The translations under genes were made by a program, and so were the position numbers. A stretch of DNA of 64,000 nt from Planctomycetota bacterium (GTDB lineage Bacteria; Planctomycetota; UBA1135; UBA2386). The stretch lies in contig JBKAGP010000001.1 of assembly GCA_046290465.1 (NCBI GenBank), forward strand, positions 6,080,001 to 6,144,000. Direction: 5' to 3'. Each line of letters begins with the position of its first letter. Positions within the stretch are counted from its first letter, which is position 1. Below, in pieces: positions 28,781-38,898 of the stretch. Below the pieces are notes generated by a model that was not told the origin of the DNA, made no database searches, and worked only from the letters and a program-made list of their open reading frames with translations.

Positions 28781-30742
28781 ATGACCCGCCTGCGCACGTT
28801 CGGCATCGTCGCCCACATCGACGCCGGCAAGACCACCCTGACCGAGCGCATCCTGTTCGACACCGGCGCGCAGAGCTGGGTCGGCAGCGTCGACGAGGGC
28901 ACGGCGGCGATGGACTTCATGCCGGCCGAGCGCTCGCGCGGCATCTCGATCACGTCCGCGGCGACGCGGGTCGGCTGGGGTGACCACACCATGCAGGTCG
29001 TCGACACTCCCGGCCACGTCGACTTCGTCGCCGAAGTCGAACGCTGCCTGCGCGTGATCGACGGCGTGGTGGTGCTGGTCGATGGCGTGCGCGGCGTCGA
29101 GTCGCAGACGCGCGCCGTCTGGCAGCAGGCGGTAGCCGCCGGCCTGCCGCGCATCGTCTTCGTCAACAAGCTCGACCGCGCCGGCTCGGCGTTCCGCGCC
29201 GTGGTCGCGGAGGTCGCCGAGCAGCTGGAGTGCACCGCCGCGGCGACGATCATCCCGCTGCGCGACGCCAGCGGGGCATTCTGTGGGCTCGGCGACGCGG
29301 TGACCGGTGCGGTGCAGTGGTTCGAGGGGCGCCCCGACGCGGACCTGGTGCCGAAGCTGCAGCAGGACCTGCTCGAAGCCCACGAACGGCTGGTCGAGGT
29401 CGTCGCCGACCACGACGACTTCGTGATGGGGGAGGTCGTGGCTGGCCGCCGCATCGCACCCGAACGGCTGCGCGCCGCGCTGCGCGGCGCGTTCCTGCGC
29501 TGCGAGCTGGTGCCGGTGCTGGGCGGCTCGGCGCTCTACAATCGCGGCGTCGACTGGTTGCTCGACGCGGTCGTCGCCTACCTGCCCGGGGTCGCCGACC
29601 TGCCGCTGCGCGGCATCTGGGGCGTGCGCGGCGCGGGCAGCGAGCAGGTGCCGTTCTGCGGGTTCGTGTTCAAGGTGCAGCACCTGGATCGGGTGTGGAA
29701 CTACGTGCGCGTGGTGCGCGGTCGGCTGCAGAGCGGTGTCGAGCTGGTGCGCGCGCACAAGCCGCAGGCCGGTTCGCGCCTGATCGGCGAGCTGTGGACC
29801 GTGCGGGCGGACCGCCACGAGGTCGTGCCGAGTGCCGGTCCGGGCGAGATCGTCGTGGTTCCGGGCGAGTTCGGCTGGCGCACCGGGGACACCGTCTGCG
29901 CGCCGGAGGACCCGGTCGTGCTGCCGTCGCCGCGGTTTCCGGCGCCGGTGCTCGCGGTGATGTTCGAGCCGGACCGCGCCGAGGATGCTGGCCGGGTGCA
30001 CGCCGCGGTGCGCGAACTGGCGATCGACGACCCGACGCTCCGGGTCGCGCGCGAGCACGACCGGATCGTCGTGCGCGGCATGGGGGAGCTGCACCTCGAG
30101 ATTGTCGCCGACATGGCGCGGGCCCGTTCTGGCGTCGGCTTCCGGGTCTCCAAGCCGCGCGTCGACCGCCGCGAGACCGTCGCGCGTGCGGCTGCCGGTT
30201 CGGCCGAGTTCCGCGCGGCGATCGGCGGGCGGCCGGCGATCGCGCGCTGCTCGCTCGCAGTCGAGCCGATCGCCGACAGCGCTCCCGCGACCGTGGTCGT
30301 CGACCAGGAAGGACCGCTCGCGTCCGTCGCGGTCGAAGAGCTGCGGCGGCGGCTGCAGTCGGGCGTCCGGGTCGGCCCGATGCACGGCCTGCAGGTCCGG
30401 GTGGCGCTGGTCGCGTGCGATGCCGACACCGAGGCGCTGGTCGAGCAGGCCGCCAGCCTGGCGCTGGACGATGCGCTGGCCGAGGCCGGCGTCGTCGAGC
30501 TCGAGCCGTGGGTCGCGCTCGAGGTGCTGGCGCCCGCGGCCAGCTCCAACGCGGTGCTCGCCGACCTCGGCTCCCGTGGCGCCGAGATGAACAGCGTTTC
30601 GGCTGGTCGGATGGGGGCGCGGCTGACCGGTCGCGCGCCGCTGGCGCGCATGCTCGGCTACGTCACCCGGCTGCGCTCGATCACCAAGGGGCTGGGGCTG
30701 GTAACGATGCGCCCCGCAGGCTTCGCCGCCGGCGTGAACTGA
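28781..30742 (+). CDS. Divergent elongation factor G paralogue (EF-G2-like)
   Basis: AHIDAGKTT, RGISI, DTPGHVDF, NKLD, DDPTL, GMGELHLE, LRSITKG. Confidence 0.9.
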   Translation: MTRLRTFGIVAHIDAGKTTLTERILFDTGAQSWVGSVDEGTAAMDFMPAERSRGISITSAATRVGWGDHTMQVVDTPGHVDFVAEVERCLRVIDGVVVLVDGVRGVESQTRAVWQQAVAAGLPRIVFVNKLDRAGSAFRAVVAEVAEQLECTAAATIIPLRDASGAFCGLGDAVTGAVQWFEGRPDADLVPKLQQDLLEAHERLVEVVADHDDFVMGEVVAGRRIAPERLRAALRGAFLRCELVPVLGGSALYNRGVDWLLDAVVAYLPGVADLPLRGIWGVRGAGSEQVPFCGFVFKVQHLDRVWNYVRVVRGRLQSGVELVRAHKPQAGSRLIGELWTVRADRHEVVPSAGPGEIVVVPGEFGWRTGDTVCAPEDPVVLPSPRFPAPVLAVMFEPDRAEDAGRVHAAVRELAIDDPTLRVAREHDRIVVRGMGELHLEIVADMARARSGVGFRVSKPRVDRRETVARAAAGSAEFRAAIGGRPAIARCSLAVEPIADSAPATVVVDQEGPLASVAVEELRRRLQSGVRVGPMHGLQVRVALVACDADTEALVEQAASLALDDALAEAGVVELEPWVALEVLAPAASSNAVLADLGSRGAEMNSVSAGRMGARLTGRAPLARMLGYVTRLRSITKGLGLVTMRPAGFAAGVN

Positions 30743-31920
30743 TCACTTGCCTGTTGGTGCCCTCGCGCGAGTGGCACCAAGAGGCGCAGATTGGTCCGCA
30801 TTCAAACCGATCGCGCCCCGCTCAGGCTCATCGGGTGGATGCTGCGCGGACCCCAGTCTTGCTGCCAGCGCAGCACCTCGACCGACCGCAGCCGGCGCGG
30901 CAGCAACCCGAGCACGACCGCGGACGCCAGCATCGGATGGTCGCGGTTGAATCGCTTGCGCACGTAGTTGCGGTAGACGGCGAACAGGTCGAGCTGCGCC
31001 TTGAGCCAGCGCGCGGCCTTGGACACCAGCCACGACTTGCGCCGCAGGCGGCCGCAGTTGTCGCGCGACATCGCGATCGTCGCGTTGATCGGGAACAGCG
31101 GGTTGCGGATCGTGCGCGCCTCGGTGCCGGCCGTGGTCGTGTGGGTGGCGCGGTCGCCGAACACCTTCTTGCACGACCTCGCGTAACTCGCCTTCTTGTC
31201 GGTGTGTAGCCCGAGCCGTCCGGTGCACCGCCGGTCGAGCTCGCGCAGCACGCCTTCGACGCACTCGCGGCTGCGGTCGGGCCGGCGGCCGTGCTGCTGT
31301 TCGTGGGCGTCCTGCCATGCCCGCCGGGTCGTGCCGCGTCGGGCGAGCCGGCGGATCGGCGCCGTGTCGGCTGCGACCAGGAACCACGACTTCCGCTCGA
31401 TCAGGATCGGCACCGTCAGGGTGCGGATCGACGAGCCTTCGTACGTCTCCTCCTCGTCGAGCACGTAGTCGCCGCCCGACGGCAGGCGCTGCGAGAGGTT
31501 GCGGTGCAGGCCCGCGCAGGTGCGGGCGATCTTGCGCATCTTGCGCTGCACCCCGGAGCACGACAGCTCGAGCAGGCGCCCCGCCTGGCGCAGGCCGATG
31601 CCGCTCGTCAGCAGGTCGAACAGGCGGGCGTTGGTCTCAGGCCTGCGGTCGCGGTAGTCGTGACGGAACGTCTGGCGTGAGAACGTTCTACGGCAGGCGG
31701 GGCAGCGATAGCGCTGCTCCGGCGCGGTGCGGCAGGCGGCGCGGAACGAGCCCCAGCGGACGAATCGCCGGGGCGGCGTGGTGAAGGCGGAGCAGTCCTG
31801 GTGCGGACAACGGGGTGGCTCGAAGGTCATGCGGTGTCGTGGCGATGCGCCACGACACTGGGGCCCGCGTTCGCTGGCGGTGGCAGCGAATCTCCGGGAC
31901 CAACAGCCAGGTGATCAGTT
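30737..31920 (-). mobile_element. Insertion sequence of 1184 bp with 25-bp imperfect terminal inverted repeats
   Basis: Left end AACTGATCACTTGCCTGTTGGTGCC; right end reverse complement AACTGATCACCTGGCTGTTGGTCCC (3 mismatches); encloses a transposase ORF; no target-site duplication seen. Confidence 0.8.
30802..31830 (-). CDS. IS1/IS1595-like transposase (Zn ribbon, HTH, DDE-like domain)
   Basis: CPxxxC...QRYRCxxC zinc ribbon, HTH (GIGLRQAGRLL), LDEEET, HTDKKASY, INATIAMSRD...RLRRK. Confidence 0.78.
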   Translation of the reverse strand: MTFEPPRCPHQDCSAFTTPPRRFVRWGSFRAACRTAPEQRYRCPACRRTFSRQTFRHDYRDRRPETNARLFDLLTSGIGLRQAGRLLELSCSGVQRKMRKIARTCAGLHRNLSQRLPSGGDYVLDEEETYEGSSIRTLTVPILIERKSWFLVAADTAPIRRLARRGTTRRAWQDAHEQQHGRRPDRSRECVEGVLRELDRRCTGRLGLHTDKKASYARSCKKVFGDRATHTTTAGTEARTIRNPLFPINATIAMSRDNCGRLRRKSWLVSKAARWLKAQLDLFAVYRNYVRKRFNRDHPMLASAVVLGLLPRRLRSVEVLRWQQDWGPRSIHPMSLSGARSV

Positions 31921-31973
31921 GCTCGTGAGGGCCTTGCCCGGGCGGCGCAGGGCAAGAAAATGTGTCGGCTGTG

Positions 31974-32002
31974 TTGACCGCCCCGGGGCAGGTCGCTACT
32001 CT
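31974..32002 (+). promoter_or_regulatory. Putative sigma70 promoter of the S10 operon
   Basis: TTGACC-N17-TACTCT about 210 nt upstream of rpsJ. Confidence 0.65.
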
Positions 32003-32210
32003 GTCCGCCCCCTTGAGCCCCAGGGAGCACACCTCCGGGTGTAACCCCTTGCCGCTCAGCCCCTTGTGACCATCCAGGCCATCTCGGGCAACCGGGGGAT
32101 GTGACGGGATCGCAGGCCTGCGACTCGCTCACAGTTCCCGCAGTACTGCCACAACCCTTTACCGGACCCTCGTTTGGGCCAACCCAGCGAGCCCGTCCGT
32201 TCCGACTGTC

Positions 32211-32519
32211 ATGCAAGAGCGAATCCAGATCCGGATGGAGGCCTACGATCACGAGGCCCTCGACCAGGCGTCACTCGACATCGTCGAGACGAGCAAGCGC
32301 ACGGGTGCCCGTGTGGCTGGCCCGGTCCCGCTGCCGACGCGCATCGAGCGCTACACGGTGCTTCGTTCGCCGCACGTCGACAAGAAGAGCCGTGAGCAGT
32401 TCGAGGTGCGCACGCACAAGCGCCTCATCTACATCTCGGAGCCGACCACCAAGACGGTCGACGCGCTGAGCAAGCTCAACATGCCCGCGGGCGTGGACAT
32501 CCGCATCAAGGCCTGCTGA
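32211..32519 (+). CDS. rpsJ: 30S ribosomal protein S10
   Basis: [20 protein letters not shown]. Confidence 0.98.
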   Translation: MQERIQIRMEAYDHEALDQASLDIVETSKRTGARVAGPVPLPTRIERYTVLRSPHVDKKSREQFEVRTHKRLIYISEPTTKTVDALSKLNMPAGVDIRIKAC

Positions 32520-32557
32520 GGCCGGCACGCAGCAGCACACCTAGGAGCACGATTCCC

Positions 32558-33187
32558 ATGGTCGAGGTCAAGGTATTCCAGGGCGGTTCGGTCGCGACGA
32601 AGGACGTCGACGCCGGCGCCTTCGGGGCGAAGGTGCTTGGGCGCACGCTCAAGGACGCCGTCGTCATGTATGAGGCGAACGCACGTCAGGGCACCGTCCA
32701 GGCGAAGACGCGTTCGATGGTGCGCGGCGGCAACAAGAAGCTGTGGCCGCAGAAGCACACCGGCCGTGCGCGCATGGGCACGACCAAGTCGCCGATCTGG
32801 CGCGGCGGTGGCCGTATCCACCCGCCGGCGCCGCGCGACCACGCCTACCACATGCCGAAGAAGGCGCGCCGGGTCGCCCTGCGCAACGCCATCTTCACCA
32901 AGTTCCGCGACGGCGAGGTCGCCATCGCCGAGGGCTTCCCGACCGACGCGCCGAACACCAAGTCGGCGTTCGCGATCCTGTCGCAGCTCGGCATGAACAA
33001 GAGCGCCACCGTCGTGACCGACGTCAAGGACGACACGCTCTACAAGTCGCTGCGCAACGTCCCGCTGGTCGACGTCGCGAAGCTCGACGACCTCAACGCC
33101 CGCCAGGTGCTGCTGCGCCGCTACCTGGTGCTGACCCCGGCCGCCTACGAATCGCTCGAGAAGCGCTTCGCCAAGAAGGAGAGCTAA
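32558..33187 (+). CDS. rplD: 50S ribosomal protein L4
   Basis: RQGT..KTRSMVRGG..KLWPQKHTGRAR, PIWRGGG. Confidence 0.96.
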   Translation: MVEVKVFQGGSVATKDVDAGAFGAKVLGRTLKDAVVMYEANARQGTVQAKTRSMVRGGNKKLWPQKHTGRARMGTTKSPIWRGGGRIHPPAPRDHAYHMPKKARRVALRNAIFTKFRDGEVAIAEGFPTDAPNTKSAFAILSQLGMNKSATVVTDVKDDTLYKSLRNVPLVDVAKLDDLNARQVLLRRYLVLTPAAYESLEKRFAKKES

Positions 33188-33190
33188 GCC

Positions 33191-33481
33191 ATGGCCAACG
33201 CCGAACAGTACTACGACGTCGTGCGTCGCCCGGTCGTGACCGAGAAGTCCGCCGGCGTGCAGGAGTCGAAGAACCAATACACCTTCGAGGTCGCCAAGAC
33301 GGCCAACAAGGTCGAGGTCCGCAAGGCGGTCGAGACGCTGTTCTCGGTCAAGGTCGAGGCGGTCAACATGATCACCATGCCGGCCAAGCGCCGTCGCGTC
33401 TTCGGCCGTCCCGGCCACACGCCGGCGTGGAAGAAGGCGGTCGTCACCCTCAAGGATGGCGACACGATCGACATCAACTAG
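33191..33481 (+). CDS. rplW: 50S ribosomal protein L23
   Basis: PVVTEKS, ANKVEVRKAVE, WKKAVVTL. Confidence 0.96.
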   Translation: MANAEQYYDVVRRPVVTEKSAGVQESKNQYTFEVAKTANKVEVRKAVETLFSVKVEAVNMITMPAKRRRVFGRPGHTPAWKKAVVTLKDGDTIDIN

Positions 33482-33558
33482 GTAGCTGAACGCCAGAGCA
33501 GGCAGCAACGCCAACCGGCAGCAACGCCAACACAGGCAGCCACGAAAGACCCAGACCG

Positions 33559-34419
33559 ATGCCAGTCAAAGTCTACAAGCCCACGTCCGCCGGCCGACGC
33601 AACGCGTCGGTCCTGGACTTCAGCCACCTGACGAAGGGCAAGCGCCCCGAGAAGTCGCTGACCGAGCGTCTGAAGAAGACGGGCGGTCGCAACGCGCACG
33701 GCCACATCACCAGCCGCTTCCGCGGTGGTGGTGCCCGCAAGCTCTACCGCAAGGTCGACTTCCGCCGCGACAAGGACGGTGTCCCGGGCACCGTCAAGGC
33801 GCTCGAGTACGATCCGAACCGCACCGCCGACATCGCGCTGATCTTCTACGCCGACGGCGAGAAGCGCTACATCCTCGCGCCGAAGGGCCTGAAGGTGGGC
33901 GACCAGATCATGTCGGGCCAGAAGGTCGAGCCGGACGTCGGCAACTGCATGCCGCTCGAGTCGATCCCGCTGGGCCTCGACGTGCACAACGTCGAGCTGC
34001 AGCCCGGCAAGGGCGGCCAGCTGGCGCGCTCGGCCGGCAACTCCTGCACGCTGATGGCGCGCGACGCCGGCTTCGCGACGATCGTGCTGCCGAGCGGCGA
34101 GACCCGCAAGGTCCCGTGGAGCTGCCGCGCGACGATCGGCGAGATCGGCAACAGCGACTGGCAGAACGTTCGCATCGGCAAGGCCGGTCGCAAGCGTCAC
34201 ATGGGCCGTCGCCCGCACAACCGCGGCACGTCGATGAACCCCGTCGCGCACCCGATGGGTGGTGGTGAGGGTCGCACCGGCGGTGGCCGTCACCCCGTGT
34301 CGCCGACGGGCAAGCTCGCGAAGGGTGGTCGCACCCGCCGCGGCAAGGCCCGCAGCAACCAATACATCCTGCGTCGCCGCTCGCCCGGCAAGCACGTCGC
34401 CGTCGGCAGTGGCAGCTAA
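33559..34419 (+). CDS. rplB: 50S ribosomal protein L2
   Basis: [19 protein letters not shown]. Confidence 0.98.
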   Translation: MPVKVYKPTSAGRRNASVLDFSHLTKGKRPEKSLTERLKKTGGRNAHGHITSRFRGGGARKLYRKVDFRRDKDGVPGTVKALEYDPNRTADIALIFYADGEKRYILAPKGLKVGDQIMSGQKVEPDVGNCMPLESIPLGLDVHNVELQPGKGGQLARSAGNSCTLMARDAGFATIVLPSGETRKVPWSCRATIGEIGNSDWQNVRIGKAGRKRHMGRRPHNRGTSMNPVAHPMGGGEGRTGGGRHPVSPTGKLAKGGRTRRGKARSNQYILRRRSPGKHVAVGSGS

Positions 34420-34431
34420 TAGGAGCTCACG

Positions 34432-34698
34432 ATGAGTCGCAGTATCCACAAGGGCCCGTTCGTCCACCCGAAGCTCCTGAAGAAGGTGGACGCCCAGAAC
34501 GACGCGGGCACCAAGAACCCCATCAAGACGTGGTCGCGCGCCAGCGTGATCCTGCCGGAGTTCGTCGGCCACACCTTCGAGGTGCACAACGGCCGCGCGT
34601 TCATCAAGGTCTACGTGACGGAAGACATGGTCGGTCACCGTCTCGGCGAGTTCGCGGCGACGCGAACCTTCCGCGGCCACGCGAAGAAGGACAAATGA
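34432..34698 (+). CDS. rpsS: 30S ribosomal protein S19
   Basis: [20 protein letters not shown]. Confidence 0.97.
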   Translation: MSRSIHKGPFVHPKLLKKVDAQNDAGTKNPIKTWSRASVILPEFVGHTFEVHNGRAFIKVYVTEDMVGHRLGEFAATRTFRGHAKKDK

Positions 34699-35132
34699 GC
34701 TTCGAAACGCGAGCAGTACACCGCCGCGCGCGCATGGGCGTCAACAAGGCCCGTCGCGTTCTGGCGCTGATCCGTGGTCGGACCGCCAACCAGGCGCTCG
34801 ACGAGCTGCGACACGACAAGCACCGCGCCGCCAAGGCGATCTACAAGGTGCTGGCGTCGGCCGTGGCGAACGCGATGCAGAACCCGTCGGTTCGTCCGAA
34901 CCGCCTGGTGATCTCGAAGACCTTTGCCCAGGACGGTCCGCCGCTCCCGGGTGGTCGTCGCATGCGTCCGGGCCCGCAGGGGCGCGCGATGCCGTTCAAG
35001 CGTCGCACCTGCCACATCCACGTTCACGTCGAGGACCCCGAGGCGCGCGATCCGCGCGAGCTCGAGGCCGAAGCTGCGGCCGCTGCCGCCGCACAACCCG
35101 CCGCCGAGACCACCGAAGGGGGCGAGGAGTAG
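34695..35132 (+). CDS. rplV: 50S ribosomal protein L22
   Basis: [24 protein letters not shown]; position between rpsS and rpsC. Confidence 0.93.
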   Translation: MSFETRAVHRRARMGVNKARRVLALIRGRTANQALDELRHDKHRAAKAIYKVLASAVANAMQNPSVRPNRLVISKTFAQDGPPLPGGRRMRPGPQGRAMPFKRRTCHIHVHVEDPEARDPRELEAEAAAAAAAQPAAETTEGGEE

Positions 35133-35136
35133 AACC

Positions 35137-35829
35137 ATGGGCCAGAAGATCCACCCCACCGGCTTCCGCGTCGCCGTCACCGAGCCCTGGCGCTCGCGTT
35201 GGTACGCCAACAAGCGTGACTTCGCGCAGAACCTGATCGAAGACCAGAAGATCCGCCGCTTCATCAAGAAGGAGTGGCAGTTCGCGGCCATCCCGAAGGT
35301 CGAGATCGAGCGCGCTGGCGAACTGATCACGGTGTTCGTGCACACCGCCCGCCCGGGCGTGCTGATCGGCAAGAAGGGCACCAAGGTGGACGAGTTCCGC
35401 CAGGCGCTCGAGAAGCTGACCAGCAAGCCGGTGCGCATGAAGATCATCGAGATCCACCGCCCGGAGGTCGAGGCCAACCTCGTCGCCGAAGCGGTCGCCG
35501 AGCAACTCGGCAAGCGCATCAACTACCGCCGCGCCCTCAAGAAGGTCGCCGACGCCTCGATGGCGGCCGGCGCCAAGGGCATCAAGATCCGGGTGGCCGG
35601 TCGTCTGCAGGGCGCCGAGATGTCGCGCGTCGGCAACTTCCGCAAGGGGCGCGTGCCGTGCAGCACGCTCCGCGCGCAGATCGACTACGGCTTCGCGCTG
35701 TCCCACACCAAGTCGGGCGTGCTCGGCTGCAAGGTGTGGATCTTCAAGGGCGAGTATGGCCCTGGCGAGACCACCAACGGCCTGCTGCCCGTCCGGACCG
35801 CCGCCTCGCAGAGCGAGCGCAGCGCCTGA
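35137..35829 (+). CDS. rpsC: 30S ribosomal protein S3
   Basis: MGQKIHPTGFR, RPGVLIGKKG, GRLQGAE. Confidence 0.97.
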   Translation: MGQKIHPTGFRVAVTEPWRSRWYANKRDFAQNLIEDQKIRRFIKKEWQFAAIPKVEIERAGELITVFVHTARPGVLIGKKGTKVDEFRQALEKLTSKPVRMKIIEIHRPEVEANLVAEAVAEQLGKRINYRRALKKVADASMAAGAKGIKIRVAGRLQGAEMSRVGNFRKGRVPCSTLRAQIDYGFALSHTKSGVLGCKVWIFKGEYGPGETTNGLLPVRTAASQSERSA

Positions 35830-35870
35830 TCCTGAAGCTAACCCGAGAACTGTCAAACGGAGTCTGACCC

Positions 35871-36281
35871 ATGTTGATGCCCAAGAGGACCAAGTGGCGC
35901 CGACAGCAGCGTGGCCGCATCCGCGGTGAAGCCACGCGCGGCAACACGGTCGCGTTCGGCGAATACGGCCTGCAAGCCATCGAGCCGGGCTGGGTTTCCG
36001 CCCGCGTCATCGAGGCCGGCCGTATCGCGTGCGGCCGCAACGCGCCCGAAGGCAAGGTGTGGATCCGGATCTTCCCGCACAAGTCGATCACCAAGAAGCC
36101 GGCCGAGACCCGTCAGGGCTCCGGCAAGGGTGACGTCGACTTCTGGGCCGCCGTCGTCAAGCCGGGCACGATCCTCTACGAGATCGACGGCGTCAGCGAG
36201 GCGGTGGCGAAGCGCGCCTTCAACCGCGTGGCCCACAAGCTGCCGGTCAAGGTCCGCCTGGTCCGCCGTCGTCACAACTAA
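35871..36281 (+). CDS. rplP: 50S ribosomal protein L16
   Basis: [23 protein letters not shown]. Confidence 0.97.
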   Translation: MLMPKRTKWRRQQRGRIRGEATRGNTVAFGEYGLQAIEPGWVSARVIEAGRIACGRNAPEGKVWIRIFPHKSITKKPAETRQGSGKGDVDFWAAVVKPGTILYEIDGVSEAVAKRAFNRVAHKLPVKVRLVRRRHN

Positions 36282-36307
36282 GCGGCCGAGTCGCAAGGAA
36301 CAGCAAG

Positions 36308-36532
36308 ATGAACAAGGCCATTGACGAGATTCGCGGTCAGGACTCCGCCGAGCTCAAGACGAAGCTCAGCGAGCTCCGCAAGGAGCAGTTCGAGCTGCGC
36401 TTCAGCGGTTCGGGCAACGAAGGCCAGGCCACCGGCCGCGCCCGCGCCATCCGCCGCACGATCGCCCGCATCCTGACGGTCCTCGGGGACCGTGAACGCC
36501 AAGAGGCCCAGAAGGCCGGAGAGCAGAACTGA
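36308..36532 (+). CDS. rpmC: 50S ribosomal protein L29
   Basis: EQFELRF, IRRTIARILTV; position. Confidence 0.93.
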   Translation: MNKAIDEIRGQDSAELKTKLSELRKEQFELRFSGSGNEGQATGRARAIRRTIARILTVLGDRERQEAQKAGEQN

Positions 36533-36843
36533 TGAGCGCCGAACAGACCCAAGAGGACCAGCAGCCGACCGCGAACGCAGACGGCAAGGCGCGCACCGAG
36601 CGCAAGGTCGCCCGCGGCGTCGTGATGTCCAACAAGATGGACAAGACGCTCGTCGTCCAGGTCAACCGCAAGGTCCGTCACCCGGTCTACGAGAAGTTCG
36701 TCTCGAAGAAGACCAAGCTCTACGCACACGACGATCAGGGCGAGGCCAACATCGGCGACATCGTCGAGATTGTGCAGACCCGCCCGCTCAGCAAGCTGAA
36801 GCGCTGGCGCCTGCTGCGGATCGTCCAGAAGGCCACCGTCTGA
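36532..36843 (+). CDS. rpsQ: 30S ribosomal protein S17
   Basis: KMDKT, HPVYEK, TRPLSKLKRW. Confidence 0.96.
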   Translation: MSAEQTQEDQQPTANADGKARTERKVARGVVMSNKMDKTLVVQVNRKVRHPVYEKFVSKKTKLYAHDDQGEANIGDIVEIVQTRPLSKLKRWRLLRIVQKATV

Positions 36844-36938
36844 ACGCGGCCGGACGTTCCCCAAACCACCTTCCGAACCGCACCGTCTGACGCAACCAGA
36901 CAGCTGACTGAACCAGACAGTCTGAACAGGACTCTCCC

Positions 36939-37307
36939 ATGATCCAAGAAATGTCGATGCTCGATGTGACCGACAACACGGGCGCCAAGCGCGCGATGTG
37001 TGTCAAGGTCCTCGGGGGCAGCAAGCGGCGCTATGCGTCGGTCGGCGACGTCATCGTCGCCGTCATCAAGAAGGCCCTGCCGGCCGGTGAGGTCAAGGAG
37101 CACGATGTGGTCAAGGGCGTCGTCGGCCGCACGGCCAAGGCCGTGCGTCGCCCCGACGGTTCCTACATCAAGTTCGATCGCAACGCCCTGGTCGTCATCG
37201 ACAAGGACAACAACCCGCGCGGCACCCGAATCTTCGGCGCCGTTGCGCGTGAGCTGCGCGACAGCAACTTCATGAAGATCGTCTCGCTCGCGGAGGAGGT
37301 CGTCTGA
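36939..37307 (+). CDS. rplN: 50S ribosomal protein L14
   Basis: [20 protein letters not shown]. Confidence 0.97.
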   Translation: MIQEMSMLDVTDNTGAKRAMCVKVLGGSKRRYASVGDVIVAVIKKALPAGEVKEHDVVKGVVGRTAKAVRRPDGSYIKFDRNALVVIDKDNNPRGTRIFGAVARELRDSNFMKIVSLAEEVV

Positions 37308-37654
37308 TGCTGTTCAACAAGGCGAAGCAGAAGCGCATCGCGCTTCACGTCAAGAAGGGCGACAAGGTCGTGGTCACCGCCGGGCAGTACAAGTCCGAGG
37401 AGCCGCGCGAGGTGCTCAAGGTCGACGCCATCAACCGCCGCGTGATCGTGGAGGGCGTCAACCTGCGCTGGAAGCACCAGAAGCCTTCGCAGCAGAACCC
37501 CAAGGGCGGTCGGGTGCAGATGGAGCAGCCGATCGACGTCAGCAACGTGCTGCTGTTCAGCGAGAAGCTGGGCAAGGGCACCCGCACCAAGATCGAACTC
37601 GTCGAGGGCAAGAAGGTCCGCGTCGGTGTTCGCTGTGGAACCAAGTTCGACTAG
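37307..37654 (+). CDS. rplX: 50S ribosomal protein L24
   Basis: KKGDKV, VEGVN, PIDVSNV. Confidence 0.95.
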   Translation: MLFNKAKQKRIALHVKKGDKVVVTAGQYKSEEPREVLKVDAINRRVIVEGVNLRWKHQKPSQQNPKGGRVQMEQPIDVSNVLLFSEKLGKGTRTKIELVEGKKVRVGVRCGTKFD

Positions 37655-37664
37655 GGCCTGAGCA

Positions 37665-38249
37665 ATGACCACCACCGAGACCGCTGAAGGAACCCCGGCC
37701 GAGCCGCGCGCCCTGCCGCGTCGCCAGCAGATGTATCGCGACAAGGTCGTCGATGCGCTGCGCCAGGAGTTCAACTACCCGAACCCGATGATGATCCCGC
37801 GCCTGAGCAAGATCGTCGTCAACATGGGCGTCGGCCAGGCCGTCGAGAACAAGAACCGCATGGACGCCGCGGTCAAGGACCTCACCGCGATCACCGGCCA
37901 GAAGCCGTTGATCCGCAAGGCCCGCGTCGCCGTGTCCGGCTTCCGTCTGCGCATCGGCTACGCCGTCGGCGTCGCCGTCACCCTGCGGGGCGCGCGCATG
38001 TGGGAGTTCCTCGATCGTCTGATCACCCTCGCGATGCCGCGCATCCGAGACTTCCGTGGCGTGCCGAAGAAGTTCGACGGCCGCGGCAACTACACCATGG
38101 GCCTTGGCGAGCAGAGCGTCTTCCCGGAGATCCAGCTCGACAAGGTCGAGTTCGTGCAAGGCATGGACATCACGTTCGTCACGACCGCCGAGACCGACCA
38201 GGAGGGCTTCGCCCTGCTCAAGGCCCTCGGGATGCCGTTCAAGAAGTAA
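37665..38249 (+). CDS. rplE: 50S ribosomal protein L5
   Basis: [24 protein letters not shown]. Confidence 0.97.
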   Translation: MTTTETAEGTPAEPRALPRRQQMYRDKVVDALRQEFNYPNPMMIPRLSKIVVNMGVGQAVENKNRMDAAVKDLTAITGQKPLIRKARVAVSGFRLRIGYAVGVAVTLRGARMWEFLDRLITLAMPRIRDFRGVPKKFDGRGNYTMGLGEQSVFPEIQLDKVEFVQGMDITFVTTAETDQEGFALLKALGMPFKK

Positions 38250-38289
38250 CGAGTGACGTCCAACCAGAACCAACCGATCGCATACTGAT

Positions 38290-38475
38290 ATGGCCAAGAA
38301 GTGCTTGAAGGTTAAGCAGCAGCGCAAGCCGAAGTTCTCGACTCGGCAGTACAACCGCTGCCAGCTCTGCGGCCGTCCGCGCGCCTACTACCGCAAGTTC
38401 GGTATCTGTCGCTGCTGTTTCCGTCAACTGGCACTGCAGGGTGAGATCCCCGGCGTGCGCAAGGCCTCGTGGTAG
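38290..38475 (+). CDS. rpsN: 30S ribosomal protein S14, Zn-binding (type Z)
   Basis: CQLCGRP...[12 protein letters not shown]. Confidence 0.96.
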   Translation: MAKKCLKVKQQRKPKFSTRQYNRCQLCGRPRAYYRKFGICRCCFRQLALQGEIPGVRKASW

Positions 38476-38489
38476 GAGACTGAATCGCC

Positions 38490-38885
38490 ATGATGACCGA
38501 TCCGATCGCCGACATGCTGACGCGTATGCGCAACGCTCTGATGAGCGGAGCGACCAACTGCGTCGTGCCCGGCAGCCGTCTCAAGGTGGCCATTCTGGAC
38601 ACCCTCAAGCGCGAAGGTTTCATCGACCGCTACGAGGTTGCCGCGAACGGCCCTCGCTCGGTGGTGAGCGTCGAGTTCCGCTATGGCCCTGACGGAGAGC
38701 GCGTGATCACGTCGCTCGCCCGCTTCAGCAAGCCTGGCTGCCGTCGCTACCGCTCGGTGAAGGAACTGCCGAAGGTCCGCGGTGGCCTCGGCATCGCCGT
38801 GGTGTCCACCAACCAGGGTGTGCTGTCCGACCGTGAGTGTCGCCAGCGCAAGGTTGGTGGCGAAGTGCTCTGCACGGTTGACTAG
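38490..38885 (+). CDS. rpsH: 30S ribosomal protein S8
   Basis: DPIADMLTR, SKPG, STNQG. Confidence 0.97.
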   Translation: MMTDPIADMLTRMRNALMSGATNCVVPGSRLKVAILDTLKREGFIDRYEVAANGPRSVVSVEFRYGPDGERVITSLARFSKPGCRRYRSVKELPKVRGGLGIAVVSTNQGVLSDRECRQRKVGGEVLCTVD

Positions 38886-38898
38886 CCGGAGATAAGCA

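Noticed and set aside
33501..33540. 16-bp tandem duplication GGCAGCAACGCCAAC between rplW and rplB
   Set aside because: Real, but only two copies and no structure; probably a simple slippage duplication.
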